A stretch of 64,000 bases of DNA from Octopus sinensis (Eukaryota). The notes beneath the pieces were generated by a model. It saw nothing but the letters and a program-made list of their open reading frames with translations. It had not been told where the DNA came from and did no database searches. Below, piece after piece: positions 12,440-25,699 of the stretch. Each line of letters begins with the position of its first letter. Position 1 is the first letter of the stretch. A program made the translations under genes and the position numbers. Location of the stretch: contig NC_042997.1 in NCBI RefSeq assembly GCF_006345805.1, positions 206,460,001 through 206,524,000 on the forward strand. The letters are read 5' to 3'.

Positions 12440-14093
12440 ATCAGCCACCTTTTATATATGGATGACTTAAAACTATTATGCTACAAATGACAAACAGCTG
12501 GAAACACTACTAAAGACAGTTCATGGATTCACCAAAGAAATAGATATGAAATTTGGATTAGAAATATGTGCCAAAGTAACCCTGAAAAGAGGAAAACTAG
12601 TTAAGAGTAGCAACATCACACTAGATAAAGCCAATGAAATAAGAGAATTAGACCAAAGCCAAACTTACAAATATTTAGGAATCCATGAACTAGATAAGAC
12701 ACAACACACACAAACGAAAGAGAAAATAAAGAAAGAATACTATAAACGAGTTAGATCAATACTAAAAACAGAGCTCAATGCTAAAAACAAGATAATAGGT
12801 ATTAACACTTTAGCCGTCCCAATTATAAGTTACAGCTACAATATCCTTTACTGGATGCTAAATGCACTGACCAAAATAGATAGGAAAACAAGAAAAATAA
12901 TGACAGGATCTAGGATGCATCACCCAAAATCTGACATAGAAAGGCTATATATACAACGTATAGAAGGTGGTAGAGGCCTTATAAAGCTGGAAAACTACTA
13001 TAAAATAACCACTATAGGACTTCAGAAAGAAGGAAAACTGATCCAAATAGCGGCAAATCACAAGAAAAATAAAAAATTATTCTCAGTATTTAAGGAAGCT
13101 GACAAATACAAACAAGAGATCATACCACCTAACAAATATGAAGAAGAAAACATAACAAAAGCTATAAAGGAAATGAAATCAAAACTAGAACAGCAACGAA
13201 CCATGATAAAATGATGGCAAGAAAAGCCCCTTCATGGCAAGTACTGGGTTAAACTAAATGCAAAAGAAATAGACAAAGAAAAATCCCAGCAGTGGTTGAG
13301 AAGCTCAGGACTCAAAGCAGAGACAGAGGGATTTTTTATTGCAGCACAAGACCAAAGCCTCCCCACCAGAAATTACTAAAAACATGTTATGAAAAGAAAT
13401 ATAACAATTAACTGCAGAATATGTGGAGATGAACAAGAAACAATAAATCATATTATCTCTAGCTGCCCAGTCCTGGCTAAGAAGGAATATATTCACAGAC
13501 ATGACAGAGTTGGAACCTACATACATTGGAAGCTATGCCAACATTATGGAATAACAACAGAAAAAAGATGGTATAGGCACACACCAGAAAAGGTCACAGA
13601 AAACGAGAAAGCAACCATACTCTGGGATATGCCGATACACACAGATAGAGAAATTAAGGCCAACAGACCAGATATAGTTGTCAGAAATCACGAAGAAAAA
13701 AATGCTTTCTAATTGATGTATCAATACCAGCAGATGACAACGTGTCTCTAAAAGAAATGGAGAAATTTTCAAAATACAAAGACCTGGAAATAGAGGTAAC
13801 CAGAATGTGGAATCTAAAAACAGAAACAATTCCCATCATAGTAGGTGCATTAGGCATGATAAAAAAATATTCAGACAAATGCATGACTAAAACACCAGGA
13901 CTTACAAACACATATAACATACAGAAAATTGCACTACTAGGCACTGGACACATCCTACGTAGAACACTTTAAATACTGTAACCATCAGAGCATCACAACA
14001 AACCACAGCACATACCCAAGGCACACAGAGCTGCGCTTGGTAGTGAAGTGAAAGCATGTTATAAAAATAAAACTACTGAATGATAATAATAAC

Positions 14094-14122
<29 letters not shown>
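12440..14122 (+). mobile_element. R4/Dong-type LINE (family A), 5'-truncated: RT C-terminus, CCHC, RLE
   Basis: HLLYMDDLKL, FGLEICAK, CRICGDEQETINHIISSC, WDMPIHTDREIKANRPDIVV; (AAT)n on both sides. Confidence 0.92.
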
Positions 14123-14126
<4 letters not shown>

Positions 14127-14279
14127 ATAAGGAGATGCTCATTGAAATAGGAAAATGTCGTATATCAATGTAATTATGATGCCAGTGATTGTAAGAACAT
14201 TTGGACTGATCAAAAAAGAAACTGAAAATTATGTTACGTATTGAGTAGAAAATTGTTGATGTGAGAACGATAACCACCA

Positions 14280-17230
14280 TCACCACCACCATCATCATCA
14301 TCATCATTTAACATCTGCTTTCTATGCTGGCATGAGTTGGATGCTTTGACTGAAAACTTGGTAAGCTGGGTGAGATGGTGGGGGAAGGCGCACCAGGCTC
14401 CAGTCTGATCTTGCTTGGTTCCTACAGCTGGATTCCCTTCCTAACATTAACCACTTCAAGAATGTTGCGAGTGCTTTTTACGTGCCACTGGCATGGATGC
14501 CATTGACCTCACCAACATCAGCCATGACTACCATCTCACTTGGCTTGACAAATCAACACAAGTATGGTACATCGCCAAGGATTTTGGTCACCTGTCACTG
14601 CCTCCACGGGCCAAACACTCGAACAGTACTTTTGACATGCCATCAGGATAGGTGCCAGTCAGACAGCACTAGCATTGGCCATGACATTACTCGTTTCAAC
14701 AGGTCTTCATGAGTACAGCATATCATTCAAAGATTGAAGGCTGCTTTTAATGGGCCACTTATGCGACACTGGCATCAGCCACAAGTATGATCTCACTTGG
14801 TTTTTTTTTTTCTTAAGAGGTTTCTTAAGCACTGTCTTGGTCACTTGTCATTGCCTCTGTGAGGCCCAACATTCAAAGAGCGTACTTCACCACCTCATTC
14901 TATGTCTTCCTGGGTCTAACCATCCACCACTAGATTGCAACACTTGTTCACACAGCTGTCCTCATCCATATGCATCACATGGCCATACGAGCACAGTCGT
15001 GTCTCTTGCACACCACATCTGATGCTTCTTATATCCAACTTTTCTCTCAGGATGCTGACATTTTGTCATGCATGCACACTGACATTACACATCCAGTGAA
15101 GCATACTAGCTTCATTTCTTTCAAGCCTATGCATGTCCTCAGCACTCACAGCCCATGTTTCACTGCCGTGTACTATAGCTGTTTGTATACAGGCATCATA
15201 CAGTCTGCCTTTCACTCTGAGTGAGAGGACCTTTGTTACCAGCAAAGGTAGGATCTCTCTGAACTTTGCCCAGCCTATTCGTACTCTTGCAGCTATGGTC
15301 TCAGAGCATCCAGCTCTGCAACTGACTTGATCACCTAGGCAATGGAAGCTATTGACTACTTCCAGTTTTCTCCACTGGCATGTGATGGAATCTATTTCCT
15401 GTTCATGTTTGGTGCTAATTGTACCTGTGCACTTTCCACACACAAAACCTATCTTCCCAGTTAACTTCTGCTGAACCATTTATGTTTCCAAAACTTAAAC
15501 AAAGTGCATTTTACAGAGTTACTACCTACACCTTTTCTATAGATTGAGCAGGGTCATCTACCTGAAGAGATTTGTGATTTATCTACCTTCCTATTTACTA
15601 AGACTTTGGTTTTTGCCAGGTTAACTCTAAGGCCCTTCAATTCTAGACCGTGCTTCCATACCTGGAATGTCTTCTCTAGTTCTGGTAGTGACTCAGCTAT
15701 AAGAGCAAGGTCATCAGCATAGAGGAGCTCCCAGGAGCAGCCTGTCTTGAATTCCTCTGTTATTGCCTGGAAGTCTATAATGAACAAGAAGCTGAGGACT
15801 GATTTTTGGTGAACCCCTACTTGAACCTGAATTCTTTGCTATACTCGTTGCCGACCCTCACCTTACTGACACCATCTTTGTACATGGCTTGTACAACTTT
15901 CACTAACAACTCGCCTATCCCTAGTTTCTGCATTAACCCCAGATAAGGAATTGGAGGACCCTGTAAAAAGCTTTCTCCATGCCAGATAAGGAATTGGAGG
16001 ACCCTGTCAAAAGCTTTCTCCATGCCAACAAAAGCCAAGTACAGAGGTTTATCTTTGGCTGGGAGTTTCTCCTGCAGTTATCTTACCAGAAATATAGCAT
16101 CAGTGGTGCTTCCTCCCTGGCACAAACCCAAACTGCACTTCATCTAAACTAATTCCCTCCCTAATTAGTTGGTCTATGACCCTCTCTGTGGCTTTCATCA
16201 CCTGATTCAACAATTTGATACCTCTGTAATTATTCGTATCTAATGCATCACCTTTACCTTTGTAGCAGTTGACTTGGTACTGCCACGTCAGTCATTGAGT
16301 ATGACTTCTTCATGTACCACCTCATTGACTCTAGGGGTGACTAGACCATAGCCTACACTGCCAGATATTTTAAGTATCTCAAGAATTATTCCTGATGGGC
16401 AGGGGGCTTTCCCTGTCTTCAGATCCTTAATTGCTTTATCTACCAAGGTACTGTCAATTTGGATAGCTGATCCTTCAGTCTGGTCGACATTTGGCAGACT
16501 CTCTTTCTCCCATTCATTCTCTTCTTTTAGCAACTTTTCATAGTGGTATCTTTTTCTTTGCAGAATCATTAAAAGCATGTGCACCATCACCCATGCAGAC
16601 ACATTTCTCTCCTATGACATCATGATTCTCTCTCACACACTATCTTGCAATTCAAAACACTTCAAGTCTCTGATCCTCCAAATGCAGAACGAATTTGTAA
16701 ATTCTTCTTTCTACTTCCTCTGGCTATGTAAACTTGTCTCCAAGCTTCCCTTCTGGCAATCTGATACAATTCCCTGCTACCACCACAATTCCAATCCTTC
16801 CAGACCTGTAAATTACATTGTTTCATTACTATGTTACCTTAGGTCAACTGGGGACTTTGTACCAACCACAGATCTGGTCAGTAACCCTCAACAGGTTATC
16901 CTGTAGGAACCTCCGGTTGTCTTCCACATTATGTGATGCTGTGGTCTCCTCTTTTTCATCTGTTCACTCACAGAATCCTTAAGCTTCCAGACCCTTCCTT
17001 GCCATCTTCTGGGTAGCCATTTAGCTCTGATCCTGAACACACTAACCACTAACCTATTTTGTGGGGTGATTTTCTTCACCTGGGAAAATTTTGGCATTTA
17101 TGAGCAGCCATCTTTCCTGTTTCCTAGTGAGAATGTTGTCAATCTGACTAGTGTGCCCACCAGTCTGAGGTGACTGGCAGGTTTCCTGAAGTTTGAATTA
17201 CAAATTTTGCTTTCTACAAAAATTCATTTG
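14280..17230 (-). mobile_element. Degraded RTE LINE
   Basis: WELLYADDLALIAES, RVRIGWAKFRE, KTGKAPCPSG motifs in several frames; RTE 3' tail near 14300-14490. Confidence 0.85.
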
Positions 17231-17254
17231 ATTTTGTAAATGAACAAGCTGGTG

Positions 17255-18420
17255 TCATCATCATCATCATCATCATCATTGTCATTTAACATCTGCTTTC
17301 CATGATGGCATGGGTTGGATGGTTTGAATGAGAACTGGTGAGCTAGAGGCTACACCAGGATCAATCTGGTCTGGCAAAGTTTCTATAGCTGGATGCCCTT
17401 CCTAATGCCAACCACTCTGAGAGTATAGTGGGTGCTTTTTATGTGCCACCAGTTCGAAGGCCAGTTAGGTGGTTCTGGCAACGACCACGCTCATGCTCAA
17501 AAGGTGTTTTTATGTGCTACTTGCATGGGAACCAGTCCAGCAGCACTGACAATGGCCACGCTCAAATGTTGTTTTTCATGTGCTACAAGCACGTGCCGTT
17601 AAGGCGATACTGGCAATGATCATGCTTGAATGGTGCTTTTCACTGGCATGGGAGCCAATCTGTGGCCCTGGCAATGATCACACTCAGATGTGCTTTTAAT
17701 GTTCCACTGGCACAAGTGCCAATCAGTCGGTACTGTCCTCAGCCACGTCAGTGATTTTGGTTTGTTTACACTTTCTTCAATAGGTTTTCACAAGCAAAGT
17801 TCATTGTCTAATGAATGAGGGGTACTCATGAGTGGCCCAGTTACATCCCACATTCGGATGTGTTTTAACATTCCACTGGCTCGAGTGCCAATCAGGCGGT
17901 ACTGTCGTCGGACATGTCAGCAATTTTGATTTTGATTTCACTCACTTCAATAGGTCTTCACAAGCAAGGTTTATTGTCCAATTAATGAGGGGTATTCATA
18001 AATGGGCTGGTTACACCCACTGGCATAGGCCATGGGGTATGGTATGGTCTCACTTGGCTTGCCGGGTCTTCCCAAGCACAAGTATGTCTCCAAAGGTCAT
18101 GGTCACTAGTCATTGATTCAGTAAGGCCCAACGTTCGAAGGTTGTGCCTCACCACTTCATCCCAGGATTTCCTGAGTCTACCTCTTCCACAGGTTCCCTC
18201 AACTGCTAGGGTGTAACACTTTTTCACACAACTGTCCTCATTCATTTGCAACGCATGACCATACCAGCACAGTCGTCTCTCTTGCTCACCACATCTGGTA
18301 CTTCTTAAATCCATCTTTTCTCTCAGGGCGCTTACACTCTGTTGTGTATGCACACTGACATTACACATCCAGTGGAACATACTGGTTTCATTCCTTGCAA
18401 GCTTACTCATGTCCTCTTGC
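17255..18420 (-). mobile_element. RTE LINE 3' fragment with degenerate 3' UTR repeats
   Basis: RRLCWYGHALQMNEDSCVKKC...GTCGRGR in ORF 17982-18506; (GAT)n tail at ~17255-17280. Confidence 0.8.
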
Positions 18421-18421
18421 T

Positions 18422-18525
18422 TATCTAGGTACACAGTGAGTTTTTTTGCCCTAGGTGTCATGAAGACACCCAACAAGAAGTAGAAACAAACTTGAAAGAA
18501 AAACAAAAAATAATAATAAATAATA
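18422..18525 (+). mobile_element. R4/Dong-type (family C) 3' UTR and tail
   Basis: TTTGCCCTAGG...CTTGAAAGAAAAACAAAAAATAATAAT matches the 3' UTR at 39330-39430 (minus strand). Confidence 0.7.
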
Positions 18526-19061
18526 GACAGTGACTTTCATGGCTTGTGGTCTTAACTGAATGGAAGTGTTATCCTGTGCATGTTTAGTCTTGATGTAAAA
18601 GATGGGTTACAGCAAATATTCTGCTCAATATCACAGATTTTCTTGTCAGTTGTTTGACCTTAACCAGTTGACCATGACCTTTAGTGGCTGACGATATGTG
18701 CATCTCTGATCATGAGCAGAAGTAGTGGGAGAGCATCATAGCCATGTGTTGAGAGGAATTCTTTGGGGTTTGAATAATTCACTTTTGGAAACATGGGTGT
18801 TTCGTTCAACATCCTTAAACAACCCTTATTCAGGGACCTTTTGAGCAGGATGGGCTACTCGACCTGAAGAAAATTCTAACTGGGCCCCACCTGCAAGGTC
18901 ACGTGCTGTTTATCTTGATATAAGGTCACCATGTTATGCACATACAGTTGTGATGCATGTGCCTGTTGTACCCTTATCAGATGGGTAGTCATGATGGGTA
19001 TACTGGGCTTCATATATTTTACCCCAGTATCACTTTGATGGCATTCCCTGCTCTTTCACTT
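18526..19061 (+). mobile_element. ~550-bp non-coding (AAT)n-tailed retroelement, copy 2
   Basis: Reverse complement of 4533-5079; ends ...CTCTTTCACT(TAATAA); follows an R4 tail. Confidence 0.85.
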
Positions 19062-19363
19062 AATAATAGTAATAATAATGATAATATATTCATACTGAAA
19101 AACGAGATCAAGCAAGCTTTTACCCTTTTGCTCAACATGTGGTTTCTGTCCATGCTGGGAAACCAACAATCTATGAGACCCAAAACATTGTGTTGGCATC
19201 AACTGCCCACATTCTCAGTTTTTTCCCTCCATTATGTAACTTAGGTCTCTAGTTGAAACCTGGTCAGAAATTGAAAATAAAATGCATTTCAATCAGAAAA
19301 TGATGACAATAATAAATAAACAAGCGAATAAATAAAAACTCTGTAATATTGTGGATAACTTAC

Positions 19364-19548
19364 TCGAGATTCTGTTAAATTTGTATCAAATGGTATTTCC
19401 TCAGTGGTCAACAGAGAAAGGTATTCTTTTTTAACAGTTTCTATAGCATTGTCAAGATTTTGGTATTTAGCAAAGAATTTCAATGTGACACCATCATCGT
19501 GTTGACCAGTAGAGACATTATCTTCTATTTCTTCATCTTCTTCATCAT
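19364..19548 (-). CDS. PARP14: PARP14-like copy A, internal exon (185 nt, phase 1 to 0)
   Basis: Acceptor CTTTTATTTCAG, donor GTAAGT; open frame (D)DEEDEEIEDNVSTGQHDDGVTLKFFAKYQNLDNAIETVKKEYLSLLTTEEIPFDTNLTESR. Phases match the flanking exons at 25154 and 8974. Confidence 0.8.
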
Positions 19549-19917
19549 CTGAAATAAAAGAAATATTCATTTTGTCAAAGAAAAATAACCAAGCAATCAG
19601 CAGAAGACTTCTTGTGTTGCAACTTCAACATTCAATATTAATTCTAGTGTTCTTTGCTTTTCTGTTTAGCGAAGAGGTGTCAATTCCTGAGATAATGAAG
19701 TTAACCTGAAAAAGACTATCATCTTATCCCTGTGGGGAGTGATATCAACTGCTCTTTAATTATTGCTATACATCACCATCTAGTACATATGTACATATTT
19801 ACAATATGACTATTTCAGACCACTGCTACCATCCTGGGACTCTGCATAGTGAATGATATCGAGTGTTGTTAAAATTATTTCTTCTTTGTTTGTATTCAAA
19901 TTTCAAATCTCTCTAAT

Positions 19918-20500
19918 TCATCATCATCATCATCATCATCGTTGTCATCATCATCATCATCATCGTCATCATCATCATCATCATCGTTGTCATCATCATC
20001 ATCATCATCGTCATCATCATCATCATCGTTGTCATCATCATCGTTGTCATCATCATCGTTGTCATCATCATCGTTGTCATCATCATCATCGTCATCATCA
20101 TCATCTTTGTCATCGTTGTCATGATCATCGTCATCGTCATCATTGTCATTTAAAGTCCATTGTCCATGCTGGTATAGATTGGATAGCTTGACCAGGGCGG
20201 ATAAGCTGAGGGGCTGTACCAGAGTCCATTCTGATTTTTCTATAGCTGGATGCCCTTCTTAACGCCAACCACTCTGGGAGTGTAATGGGTGCTTTTACAT
20301 ACCACTGGCATGGGTGCCATTTGCGTGACACCAGTATCTGCCATGACTATGATTTCACTCAGCATGATGGGTCTTCTTCTCAAGTATGGCATATCGCCAA
20401 GGGCCTCAGTCATTTGTCATTGCTGCATTGAGAACGTGTTTTTTACATGCTGACGGTAAAGGTCATGCCCTTGTCTCCTGTCTTCTTGGGTCTACCTCTA
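19918..20500 (-). mobile_element. RTE 3' fragment with expanded (GAT)n tail
   Basis: RTE tail motif at 20150-20310 (minus strand); RGRPKKT remnant at ~20480; (CAT/CGT)n run at 19918-20150. Confidence 0.75.
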
Positions 20501-20504
20501 CCAC

Positions 20505-21035
20505 AGGAGCCATGACTGCTGAAAACATGTGTAGGCTTGAAAGAGATGGGGTTAGTATGATCCGCTGGATGTATAATGTCAGTGTCCATACACAACAGAG
20601 TGTGAGCACCCTGAGAGAAAAGAAGCATCAAATGTAGTGTGCAAGAGAGGTGTCTATGTTGGCACAGTTATGTGTTACGTATGGATGAGGACAACTGCAT
20701 GAGGAAGTGTGTAAGGAACCTGTGGAAGAGGTAGACCCAGGAGGACATGAGATGAGGTGGTGAAGCATGACCTTCAAACATTGGGCCTCACAGAGGCAAT
20801 GACAGGAAACCGAGACCTTTGGAGATATGCTGTGATTGAGAAGACCTGACAACTAAAGTGAGATCACAGCCATGGCCAATGCCAATGTTGCATGCCTGGC
20901 CCATTTAAGAGTACCTTTGATGTGTCGGGCGATATGATATGCTCGAGAAAACCTGTTGAGTCAAGTAAAACCAAAATCATAGCTGTGGCCAGTGCCCCTT
21001 AACTGGCTCCCGTTCTGGTGGCATGTAAAATGCAT
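20505..21035 (+). mobile_element. RTE 3' fragment
   Basis: MTAENMCRLERDGVSMIRWMYNVSV...GTCGRGRPR remnant followed by 3' UTR. Confidence 0.75.
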
Positions 21036-21039
21036 CATT

Positions 21040-21760
21040 GGGTTTCAGTTGCACAAGTTCTCCTTGATTGTCTTGAGAACGATGAAAACTTCTTGAAAAC
21101 AGTCATAACAAGTGATGACTCATGAGTTTATGGCTATGACCTTGAAACAAAGGCTCTGTCTTTGCAGAAGAAGACCCCCCAACCTCTCTGAGACCAAAGA
21201 ATGCATGATTTGAAGCAATGTGAAGACACTGCTGGTCGTTTCCTTTGACTACAAGGCGATTTGTTCATCATGAGTATGCTCCATCTGGTCAGACAGTAAA
21301 CAAGGAGTACGACTGTGACATTTTGTAGCATTTGCCAGATGCTATTCATTGGAAAAGGCCACAGTTGGATGCATCTGGTGAATGGCAATTGCACCATGAC
21401 AATGCACCTGCCCATTCAGTGCAGTTTGTGCAACAGTTTTTGGCTAGGCACAGGATTCCCCAGGTCTGGCAGCCACGGTATTCCCCAGATCTCGCCCCTT
21501 CTGACTTTTTCCTCTTACCAAAAATCATTTGAAAGGAAGGTTTCAGGATGTCAAAGAAATCAAAGTGAATGTGAGAAGGCTGCTACTGATTATCCCAGAA
21601 AACGAGTTCCAGGAATGCACCCATCACTGGAAACAGTGCTGGATTAAGTGTGTGACTTCCGAAGGGGATTATTTTGAAGAAGATTAAATGCCAAATTGGT
21701 ACGTATTGCAGTTTTGTTTTTATAACCCCAGTCCGGATACTTATTGATCAGAACTCTTAC
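21040..21760 (+). mobile_element. mariner (DD34D) transposon, 3' half, degraded
   Basis: ENFLKTVITSDDS, WQLHHDNAPAH, YSPDLAPSDFFL, GDYFEED; right TIR-like TCCGGATACTTATTGATCAGAACTCTTA. Confidence 0.85.
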
Positions 21761-22006
21761 AATTGTATAATACCTAACATGCATTTTAGTTCAGACATGT
21801 ACAAATAATTCATTATGCACTGAAATTATAAATACACCCCAAAAGGTTGACAAGTAATTAAATATATATTCACTTCTCATGCCTTCTGATTTTTTATGGT
21901 TTATATATATGTGTACATACATATATATATATATATATACATATATATATACATACTGTTGTGTCTGGGTATGTGCCTTATAATCCCAAAGCGAAATCCA
22001 GAAACG

Positions 22007-22044
<38 letters not shown>

Positions 22045-22053
<9 letters not shown>

Positions 22054-22506
22054 CCCGTGGTGGCTTGTAAAAAGCACCATCTGAACGTAGCCGATGCTAG
22101 TGCCACCTTGACTGGCTCCCATGCCGGTGGCACATAAAAAGCACCATCTGAACGTGGCCGATGCTAGTGCCACCTTGACTGGCTCCCATGCCGGTGGCAC
22201 ATAAAAAGCACCATCTGAACGTGGCCGATGCTAGTGCCACCTTGACTGGCTCCCATGCCGGTGGCACATAAAAAGCGCCATCTGATCGTGGTCAATGCCA
22301 GCTCCTCAGGCCCCTGTGGTGGTGGTATGTAAAAAGCACTTACTACACTCTCGGAGTGGTTGGCATTAGGAAGGGCATCGAGCTGTAGAAACACTGCCAG
22401 ATCAGATTGAGGCCTGGTGCAGCCTCCTGGCTTGCCAGAACCCAGTCGAACCGTCCAACTCATGCTAGCATGGAAAACGGACGTTAAACGATGATGATGA
22501 TGATGA

Positions 22507-22510
<4 letters not shown>
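22045..22510 (+). mobile_element. RTE-type 3' UTR/tail with 67-bp tandem repeats
   Basis: About 3 copies of GGTGGCACATAAAAAGCACCATCTGAACGTGGCCGATGCTAGTGCCACCTTGACTGGCTCCCATGCC, then the RTE tail and (GAT)n. Confidence 0.85.
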
Positions 22511-22562
<52 letters not shown>

Positions 22563-22689
22563 GTTGGATCATCCCATAAATAATGTGATTTCTTTCATTT
22601 GCATGAAGGGTATGGGATAAACTACCTGCATCAACTTGCTCTTAAAGCAGGTAGTAATTTTACCTTTTACTTATTCTTAGTGCAAGTTT

Positions 22690-22870
22690 TGAAGAGTGCA
22701 GTTTGATTTTAACAATTCTTTTTTCAAAGCTATAATGAAAGCGGCAAAGGAGCATATTCGGCATATTTTGCTTTATGAGTTCAATAAAGGCGACAACACA
22801 ACGGAAAGTGCAAAAAATATTGATGCAATGGAAAATAATGTCAGAAGTGATGCTGTTGAGAATGATGAAT
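22690..22870 (+). mobile_element. mariner 5' fragment
   Basis: KEHIRHILLYEFNKGDNTTESAKNI, the N-terminal HTH region of mariner transposases. Confidence 0.7.
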
Positions 22871-23435
22871 GGATGTCAAATGAAGTGGTTTCAAGAGAAG
22901 GATAACTGGTAGCACTAAGCAGGTATAAAATATGTGCAGACTTTTGTTACCAACAGAAGTAGAAGGTCTCTGAACATTCTCATGCTGGTTTTTTTCTAGC
23001 AACTATACTTTCAGTACATCCACCTCCACTGCTAATTAATCTACCTAAAGAGCAGAAGCTATCTGCTACCTCTAGGTACACTGTATAGAATTTCTACATA
23101 CACCTTTTCTATATATTGAAGCGACTACAGTCCTGTCTGTTTGCCTACTTTGGTCTTTGCTAAGTTGACTCAGAGGCTCTTTCACATTATGCAACAAACA
23201 CAATAACAATTCAACATAAACAAGGAATAATATATAAACATATATGAAACACAATAATCTAAGCAAAATGTAATTTAATTCAAAGACCGTGAAAGCATTT
23301 AAGGAAAGCAACCCATGTAGAGGGAGAAATCAACTTAGCTAAGTTGAACCAGAAAGTCGAACCAGAATATCCCAACAATATTGACTTTCTGCCACTCCTT
23401 CAAACTGCTATATTCAAAGGTGCAGGACAAAAAGA

Positions 23436-23660
23436 TAAGGTGGTGTGCTGGCAGAACTGTTAGCACGCTGGGCATAGCCTTATTTCGTCTGCCGTTACAT
23501 TCTGAGTTCAAATTCAGCTGAAGTCGACTTTACCTGTCATCCTTTCGGGGTTGATAAATTAAGTACCAGTTACGCACTGGGGTCGATGTAATCGGCTTAA
23601 ACCATTTGTCTGTCCTTGTTTGTCCTCCGGTGTTTAACCCCTTGTGGGTAGTAAAGAAAT
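23436..23660 (+). mobile_element. tRNA-derived octopus-type SINE
   Basis: AAGGTGGTGTGCTGGCAGAA...GAGTTCAAATTC (B-box)...GATAAATTAAGTACCAGTTACGCACTGGGGTCGATGTAATC. Confidence 0.8.
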
Positions 23661-25153
23661 ATATATTCAAAGGTGCAACTGGACAACTTTACTATTATCC
23701 CAAGGATGAAATATTCCACATCCTCTACAAAATTGCACATTAGTGGTTCATGGATAGCTCATGTGATTCTTTTGCTAGTGTCCTCTTGTATGGGTGTTGC
23801 ACAAAATCAGAGCAAAGTCCATCTCCTCTTCATTCAACTTGCGGATGCTTAATTTTGTCTTCTTTTGGTGCACATGATGGTTCCATCAGTTCTTCTTTTG
23901 TTTCACAAAGAACTGTGAACTTCAATTGAGTGAATCTGGGGTGTGAGGGTGGTGGTGGTGGTGGTGGATTCCCCTTATAAGTTTCTCTTGTCTGTACTGT
24001 GTCTCCCTGTCACATCTCTTCTGGAAACTTGGTGCATCCAAAGACACCCACAAGTATTTCTAAGGTTGTATGTGACATGTCGTACCCCACATCATTTGGG
24101 TAATTAGTTTTAAGATGTCACAGTTAGTTATTGCAGTCTTTACGGTTAAGCGTGACATGAGGCTCTGCCCTGCTGCACTAGAATTACTGCTTTGGGTTCT
24201 GAACTCATCGTGGGTCACAGCCCTAGAGTGGACTTGGGGTTTTCATTGATGGTTAAGATATATAAATCTATAATGACCCTTCCTGAGTAAGGTTACCTTT
24301 GCACTCTCTACTAACCCTATAAAGGTGACAACAGATGAGGGATCAAGGTCACTGTTGATGCTGTCATTGCTGTCGCTTTTGTGTCCCATTTGACAATGCA
24401 ATGCATTAAGGGCCCATGAGTGAATGTTTTTTGCCCTCTTTCTACCTGCTCTCATGTCTCACCATTGGTCTTGAAGGTCAGGAAAATGGCAGCATAAGCT
24501 TTCTTCTGGTCAATGAATAAGATGTTGTTTCATACATTGGCTAATGCCTCTTTTAGTCATTGTTTTAAGGGCATGCAGAAAGCCCTTTCCTTTTTGTAAG
24601 GTAGAGGTACACTAGCTTCTACCCTGCCCACCACTCCTGAATAAGTTTTTCTCATAAGGAAACAAAATCACTTGTGACACAATTTTTCCCTTTCTCAGAC
24701 CAAAACTTGTCCGTATTTAGAAGTTGTTGTTATTCTCACTATTAGCATTTTAATTGAGACCCTTTCTGTGTCCTGACACAACCTATGCCAGATGTTAAAC
24801 GATGTTGATGATTTCTTTGATTTCTTCTCAAAAATCTTTTTTTTTAACTACAAATATCTCTTTTTTCTTTATTTGCCTATTTTTTAAACATAATTTTAGA
24901 GGTGTTGTTCTTTGGATTTGTTGTTATTGTTGAGTACAAAATATGTCAAATTCAAAATGTTTAAAAACATACGAGGGTGAATCAAAAAGTAATACCATTT
25001 ATTGGGCTTCATATATTTGTACCCCAATGTCAATTTGATGGCATGTGCTCCTCTCTAACTCAATAATAATGATGATGATGATGGTGATGAGAAAAACTCT
25101 CCCTAGTTTCTTCCTAAATGATATTTAATATAAGAAAAAAAAAAACAATTTAC

Positions 25154-25208
25154 CTGATGTTACAGCTGAGCCATCTGCTGACATTTGTTGGAAATATTCT
25201 TTAAATTT
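25154..25208 (-). CDS. PARP14: PARP14-like copy A, 55-nt exon (phase 0 to 1)
   Basis: Acceptor CTTTTAACAG, donor GTAAAT; KFKEYFQQMSADGSAVTS(D). Joins in frame to 19548; paralogue at 29095. Confidence 0.75.
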
Positions 25209-25699
25209 CTGTTAAAAGTAAGCAAATAATTCATTATCACTCAATGAAAAAATAATTAATTTCTGTTAATTACTATGCAATGTTTTAATTCATTGCTTCT
25301 ATCACAAATATTGTTTTAAATTAATATTTGCGATTATTGTATCATAGAATAACTTCCTATGATGGACAGGCTTTTGAATATTCTGTAGTTTGGGGAGGAA
25401 TTTTTACTTACAGAATAAAAAGAAATGAAATTTGCTTGTTTAAGTGACTGTAAAAAATTATTCATGGAATTGAAACTGGTATCAAGATTCCATGTTGTGT
25501 CCAAACACCAGCTCAATAACGACAAAGCTAATTTACTTTATTCTTCGTTATTTTCAAAACTGATTAAAACAAAAGAAGAATATTTGTGTTGAAATACTTT
25601 GGTTTGATGTAAATTTGTAATCCTGAAATAGAAGCTGGAGATTTTGAAGCAGTTGTTCAAAATTATCTTCTTTTTCTTGTAGCGTGACCAAATAACATT

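Noticed and set aside
15938-16030. ~45-50-bp tandem duplication
   Set aside because: Local duplication inside a dead RTE; no functional signal.
19853-20191. His-rich 112-aa ORF
   Set aside because: (CAT)n tail of a minus-strand RTE fragment.
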